In this document: piece by piece, positions 59,737 to 64,000 of the stretch | Position numbering within the stretch: position 1 is the stretch's first letter | Layout: each line of letters begins with the position of its first letter | Assembly: GCA_001782825.1 (NCBI GenBank) | Contig: MFPS01000009.1 | Span: 31,770-95,769, forward strand | DNA length: 64,000 bases | From: Candidatus Magasanikbacteria bacterium RIFCSPHIGHO2_01_FULL_33_34 | GTDB taxonomy: Bacteria; Patescibacteriota; Patescibacteriia; Magasanikbacterales; UBA922 | Direction of reading: 5' to 3' | Translations under genes and position numbers: made by a program | The notes under the pieces: generated by a model | Databases searched by the model: none | What the model was told of the DNA's origin: nothing | The model's input: only the letters and a program-made list of their open reading frames with translations

Positions 59737-59765
59737 AGCATACAAGATTTTAATTGTATTGTCAA
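59737..59765 (-). promoter_or_regulatory. Probable rpoBC promoter
   Basis: Minus-strand TTGACA (59760-59765), 17-nt spacer, TATGCT (59737-59742). Confidence 0.6.
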
Positions 59766-59955
59766 ATAGAACATAACAGATTTATTATGTCAAGAAACAA
59801 TCTTTTTTGGCTAATTTTAGGTAATTTTAAACAAATATTAGAATTATAAGTATAAAAACTTATCCACACATACATATTAAATGAAAAAACTCTAATAATT
59901 GACTAATCAATACCAATAATATATGCTTGGACTCAACACTAACAAGGTGGTCAAT

Positions 59956-60144
59956 ATGCGTTGGCTGATGAATTATCTGCGTGAAGTATTTTGTAAACAC
60001 GATTGGGAGCGTGAAGAAGTAAAGGCTACATTAAAAGATACATATACAGGAGATTACAAAACAGATATACGTGTATCCTCTACCTGTAAAAAATGTGGTT
60101 ACCACAAATCATACTGGAAGTATCTTAAATACCTAGGAGATTAA
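59956..60144 (+). CDS. Small Cys/His (putative Zn-binding) protein, phage-like
   Basis: FCKHDW...TCKKCG; AAGGTGG SD before ATG 59956. Confidence 0.6.
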   Translation: MRWLMNYLREVFCKHDWEREEVKATLKDTYTGDYKTDIRVSSTCKKCGYHKSYWKYLKYLGD

Positions 60145-60145
60145 A

Positions 60146-60415
60146 ATGCTCAGACGAATAGCTAAAAAAACTGCTAATTGGCTTGATCACAATCCAAACT
60201 ATTCACCCTACATACCTCTTTCAATTGCTATTATTGCTTTGTTAACATTGCTTCTAGCAATATGTGGTATAGTAGATTTAACCAAGATATTTGTAGGTAC
60301 AACCGCTGTTATATCGTGGTTTCTATTTAATAGAGTAGCTACTCCTTACCACAAGCCAAATACAACAACCACAGAAGAAGAAAAAACTGACACAAATGAT
60401 CAAAAACCCATATAG
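60146..60415 (+). CDS. Small membrane protein
   Basis: GGAG SD, two hydrophobic helices, directly follows the previous gene. Confidence 0.6.
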   Translation: MLRRIAKKTANWLDHNPNYSPYIPLSIAIIALLTLLLAICGIVDLTKIFVGTTAVISWFLFNRVATPYHKPNTTTTEEEKTDTNDQKPI

Positions 60416-60661
60416 ACCAAAAGTGCTGAGCACACTCTAAAATGCTCTTTTTTTTATAAATAACTTTTTTGGTTAAAAATTAATTCTTTCGTATATAATA
60501 CTCAATACCTTGACAAAAAAATATAAATAATATAAAATGTGATCTTCTTTGCTTAATATACTAAATAAAGAAAAGAGGAAACACCAAAATAGCGCACGCG
60601 GACCAGATTGTGTAGTGGTAGTACCAACGTAGTACAACGTTGTAAATACCCGGAGACACAA

Positions 60662-61054
60662 ATGCTGAATCCATTCAAAGCTACCATTTCTATCCTGTGT
60701 GTAATTGCATTTACCACTAACGCAATCGCACAAGACAATGGTCCAATCCTTATCAGTAAAGAGGACTGTGCAAAACTACAATTCATAAAGTATGATGCCC
60801 AACAAGACCTAAATGAAACCAAAAACCGATGTGATGCCGGTGTATACTCATCAACAACCTGCCATTTTTTGGCAAAACTGTATAGTGAAATTATCGAAGA
60901 AGCAACAAGATTGTACGAGGTATTCTGCCATTCGTACTCAGCTAAAGATACCATGCAATGGCAAACCATTAGGGATCTCGACACAATCAAGGAATACGAT
61001 GCATTGATGTTCGCCCTCAACGACATGTTGAGCCCGAACACCTTCCAGCCGTAA
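60662..61054 (+). CDS. Secreted 4-Cys protein, paralog A
   Basis: GGAG SD, signal peptide ending AIA, four Cys; C-terminus shared with 61978-62460; promoter TTGACA 60510 / TAAAAT 60533. Confidence 0.7.
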   Translation: MLNPFKATISILCVIAFTTNAIAQDNGPILISKEDCAKLQFIKYDAQQDLNETKNRCDAGVYSSTTCHFLAKLYSEIIEEATRLYEVFCHSYSAKDTMQWQTIRDLDTIKEYDALMFALNDMLSPNTFQP

Positions 61055-61158
61055 CAAAGATCTGGCCCTAATCGCGACAAGCTCGCAATACGGGTCGATC
61101 TTACGGCGCGACAGCCCTAGCCAACACCAAGTACTGGTGTTGGCAGGGCTGTTTTTTT
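60974..61158 (+). repeat. 185-bp direct repeat, copy 1 (3' CDS, hairpin and terminator)
   Basis: Matches 62380-62564 with 8 mismatches by manual alignment. Confidence 0.93.
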
Positions 61159-61260
61159 ATTCATGAATTCAGCAATTACCCCAACCTATTGACAAAAAAG
61201 GATTTTTCATGTAGACTCTCCAACAGCTTTTAGCAAACCGATTTCAAATGGAGATTCACC

Positions 61261-61887
61261 ATGAATCGCTATACCTTAGGGATACTGATACCTGTCGTCG
61301 TGGTAATCATTACGATTTGTACTTTTTCTAGTGATGATTACTCATCTGTTGTTGATATCAACTCACAACAGATCACAAAACCATCTGGACTACCAAACAA
61401 GTCCGCAACAAAAAAAATAAGATCAAAACGGTTTTTCCGATTTTTCTTTCGATACACAGCATCTCCCCCAAAAAATGATGTGTTAAAAGTATATATGGAA
61501 GAAGTTGCAGAAAACGAGATCAACTCGATTCTGGATACTGACTCCATAAGTGAAGAAAAAAGAGATTTTCTAGAAAAATCACAAGGATTAATTGCCCAAA
61601 AAAACTCCTTGCAAAAAGCTGAATTGGGCGCGTACGATGCCATTTCTGACCCAGACCAAAGAGAAGCTTTCAAGAAAGCTTTTCAACAAAAAATCATCGA
61701 TCTAGATGAAATCACCTACCAAATAGCTACTGGTAAGCTCACACAAGAAGAAGGTCGTGCAAAGAAAAAAGAAATCAACGACCGCTTCACCGATAAAGAG
61801 CAACTAGAAATACCAGAAGATGAACTTGTAAAAATAAAGCGAGTTCAAGTAAATAGTTTCATCAAAACCTATGAAAGGAGGGAGTGA
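61261..61887 (+). CDS. Hypothetical membrane-anchored helical protein
   Basis: GGAG SD, N-terminal TM; promoter TTGACA 61189 / TAGACT 61212. Confidence 0.7.
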   Translation: MNRYTLGILIPVVVVIITICTFSSDDYSSVVDINSQQITKPSGLPNKSATKKIRSKRFFRFFFRYTASPPKNDVLKVYMEEVAENEINSILDTDSISEEKRDFLEKSQGLIAQKNSLQKAELGAYDAISDPDQREAFKKAFQQKIIDLDEITYQIATGKLTQEEGRAKKKEINDRFTDKEQLEIPEDELVKIKRVQVNSFIKTYERRE

Positions 61888-61977
61888 CAAGAGAGCGCAC
61901 GAGTGTTAAATTGTGTAGTGGCAGTACCCCACGCAGTATTGAGTAGTAAAACCAGTAATGACGAGAGGCACGCCACA

Positions 61978-62460
61978 ATGGGAAAGAGCATGAAAACATC
62001 TGGACTGATCTGCATGATCATCATGTTCATGTCAGTCAGTTCAGCCATGGCTGCGGACGACACCTCGTTGTCCGAAACCAACAAACTGGCGCTCCAACAG
62101 TTGTTGGGTGACAACACAAGCGCCCAAGACAACGGTGGATACTCTGAGCTGGAGAAGACCTGCAAGATGCTCTGGGATGCCAAAGGGCATGCCCAAATCC
62201 AGCTTGACGACTGGACATACAACTGTAGCTTCGGGGATATCTCTCAATTCACCTGCAACTACTGGATCTCGTATTACACCGACATGCGCGACAAGGCGCA
62301 AGCGTTGTACAAGTTCTGGAAGTGTGCAGACCACTTCGGACCGTCTAGGACCTCCACGTGGTCTGAAGGGTCAATCGGAGATCTCGACACTATCAAGGAA
62401 TACGACGAGCTGGTGTTCGCCCTCGACGACATGTTGAGCCCGAACACCTTCCAGCCGTAA
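61978..62460 (+). CDS. Secreted 4-Cys protein, paralog B
   Basis: Signal peptide ending AMA, same Cys spacing as paralog A; start at 61978 or 61990. Confidence 0.7.
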   Translation: MGKSMKTSGLICMIIMFMSVSSAMAADDTSLSETNKLALQQLLGDNTSAQDNGGYSELEKTCKMLWDAKGHAQIQLDDWTYNCSFGDISQFTCNYWISYYTDMRDKAQALYKFWKCADHFGPSRTSTWSEGSIGDLDTIKEYDELVFALDDMLSPNTFQP

Positions 62461-62564
62461 CAAAGATCTGGCCCTAATCGCGACAAGCTCGCAATACGGG
62501 CCGATCTTACGGCGCGACAGCCCTAGCCAACACCAAGTACTGGTGTTGGCAGGGCTGTTTTTTT
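62380..62564 (+). repeat. 185-bp direct repeat, copy 2
   Basis: Matches 60974-61158. Confidence 0.93.
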
Positions 62565-62643
62565 TATTTTTAAACTTTATATTTTTAAAAAATTAAATGA
62601 TTTCACTATTGACTTTTACTCAAAAATTGTATAGTGTATACTC

Positions 62644-63153
62644 GTGAAAAATGGACAAAAGAAGATGGTCGTCTTCACGGCTCCACTAAACCCAAGCTTT
62701 CCACCAGGAACCGAAATACCCCAAAGCGTAATTAAAGTTATTGAAGATCTCCCAAGGACAAACTCATTAACTGTGGCAGAGGCAATAGATAAAATCCATA
62801 AACAAATGAAAGAAGAAAGGATTGCGATCACCAAAGCAATTCAGGATTCATACATCAAATCAATAATCATTTCAGAAGTGTCAAGTAAAAAATGGTATAC
62901 TTTAGCCTACGGTGATAATCTAGATAATAAATCTTTAATGGAAATCACAGAACAATTATCACATGATCCAACTATACTACGTGAACCAACCCAAAGAGAA
63001 ATAGACACAGTTCGCCAACTAGAAGTTGATTTTCATATATGGAATCAACCAAATAGAACTTATCCTTCAACTGGTCTAATAATGGTTGAATTTAAATGTG
63101 GTGATGATTTTATAATAGTAGGCATTCTTATAGACTATAAACCAGCCATATAG
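62644..63153 (+). CDS. Hypothetical protein
   Basis: 169-aa ORF with an upstream TTGACT-17-TAGTGT promoter-like site and a downstream CCCAGCT..AGCTGGG hairpin. Confidence 0.55.
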   Translation: MKNGQKKMVVFTAPLNPSFPPGTEIPQSVIKVIEDLPRTNSLTVAEAIDKIHKQMKEERIAITKAIQDSYIKSIIISEVSSKKWYTLAYGDNLDNKSLMEITEQLSHDPTILREPTQREIDTVRQLEVDFHIWNQPNRTYPSTGLIMVEFKCGDDFIIVGILIDYKPAI

Positions 63154-63337
63154 CAAAAAAAGCTACCATACAAGTTCGTTTTCACAGACAAAGCCCAGCT
63201 CAACCAAGCTGGGTGTTAAATTTTATAACTAATATATACAAAATAAATAAGCAAAATTAACATTAATATATCCCCTAATTTAGCCTATTTTACCCCAACA
63301 CCACTTGACAAATTAACCTAAATATGGTACTATGATC

Positions 63338-63670
63338 CGTTATCCAGATGGCGTCTCTGAACTGAATGAAATGGCCTAGAAATGATCGCCTTAGAAAATA
63401 CAGCCTAGACGCCCAAAGGATAATGCCCGTGATCGGGGGAATATATATGATATATCGTATATAATCTTCCTCTCACGGCCCTAAGACCTAGTCCGCTAGG
63501 TCACACAGGTGGAGAGGCAGTTTTAAAAATAACTGTCCCGCTTACGCGGGAAGAAGTATTGACGACACAATACAATAGTCTCTGTAAAAAGAGTTTAACT
63601 ACGATTGTGTTGTATAGATATTTCTCACGAACCACCCCACCCGCCGTCAGGCGGGTGGGGTGGTTTTATT
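63338..63670 (+). ncRNA. Candidate structured ncRNA of unknown class
   Basis: Promoter TTGACA 63305 / TACTAT 63328, several stems, and a 16-bp terminator stem at 63630-63665 with a T tail; no convincing ORF. Confidence 0.55.
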
Positions 63671-63768
63671 TTATAGTTTGAGCAATTCCAATATTAATGA
63701 TAAAATAGAGATTAGACAATACAAAAATCGTTTTTTTGTATTTTCAAATTTATTTATTACTTTCAATT

Positions 63769-64000
63769 ATGAGTAGAAAAAGAAAACAAACACAGTTTGA
63801 TCCAGCACTCTCCAAAGGAATATTATCTGTTATCCTACTTGTACTCTCAATCATAATTATTTTAAGCTTTTTTGATCAAGCTGGTCCACTTGGATATATT
63901 TTAAATAAAGGAATATTAAGCTTTCTATTTGGATCAATTAGATATGCAAGTCCATTTGTTATCTTAACCATCGCTTGGTTTCTCATAAAAGACAAAGACT
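63769..64000 (+). CDS. Probable DNA translocase FtsK, N-terminal TM region (truncated by the window end)
   Basis: MSRKRKQ...GILSVILLVLSIIIILSFFDQAGPLG...LFG resembles the FtsK 4TM N-terminus; the ATPase domain is not visible. Confidence 0.55.
   Translation, partial: MSRKRKQTQFDPALSKGILSVILLVLSIIIILSFFDQAGPLGYILNKGILSFLFGSIRYASPFVILTIAWFLIKDKD

Noticed and set aside
59860-59868. Replication origin at the strand switch near a DnaA box (TTATCCACA)
   Set aside because: Only one box, no dnaA/dnaN, and the plus strand stays A/C-rich on both sides, so no skew inversion is visible
60473-61080. Minus-strand ORFs starting MSRLGPDLCYGWKVFGLNMS (also at 62274-62486)
   Set aside because: Their shared N-terminus just mirrors the DNA repeat; promoter, SD, signal peptide and terminator all support the plus strand
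60974-62564. Diversity-generating retroelement TR/VR pair
   Set aside because: Mismatches between the repeats are not confined to adenines of one copy (they include T/C and C/A), both copies are coding, and no reverse transcriptase is in the window

Overview
AT-rich bacterial chromosome segment using the standard code. Gene content and order point to Patescibacteria/CPR (Parcubacteria-like); this is inference only. Most genes are on the minus strand. From left to right: an exopolysaccharide glycosyltransferase operon with an embedded ATP-cone/restriction-endonuclease gene; RNase P RNA; a GC-rich foreign-looking gene; tRNA-Leu(GAG); a compact cluster of VKOR, ThiF, MIO aminomutase/lyase, CoA ligase, nitroreductase and a 7TM histidine kinase, continuous with valS-tyrS-argS; a palindrome-flanked GIY-YIG element; a lower-glycolysis operon with two gpmI; tsf/rpsB; a type II glutamine synthetase; dsbA-uvrA; pnp/rpsO/ruvC/yebC; a 1983-aa RCC1/FN3 surface protein; rpoBC; an accessory region of small single-gene units that includes two paralogous secreted 4-Cys proteins; and the start of a probable ftsK. 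The best candidate for an undescribed system is the 8.8-16.3 kb cluster, which looks like small-molecule synthesis plus sensing (a tyrosine-aminomutase-like enzyme, a split OxzB-like ThiF/nitroreductase pair and a sensor kinase). Several promoter/terminator-bounded structured ncRNA candidates and a covarying repeated structured element were also found. All family calls come from motif recognition; no searches were run.
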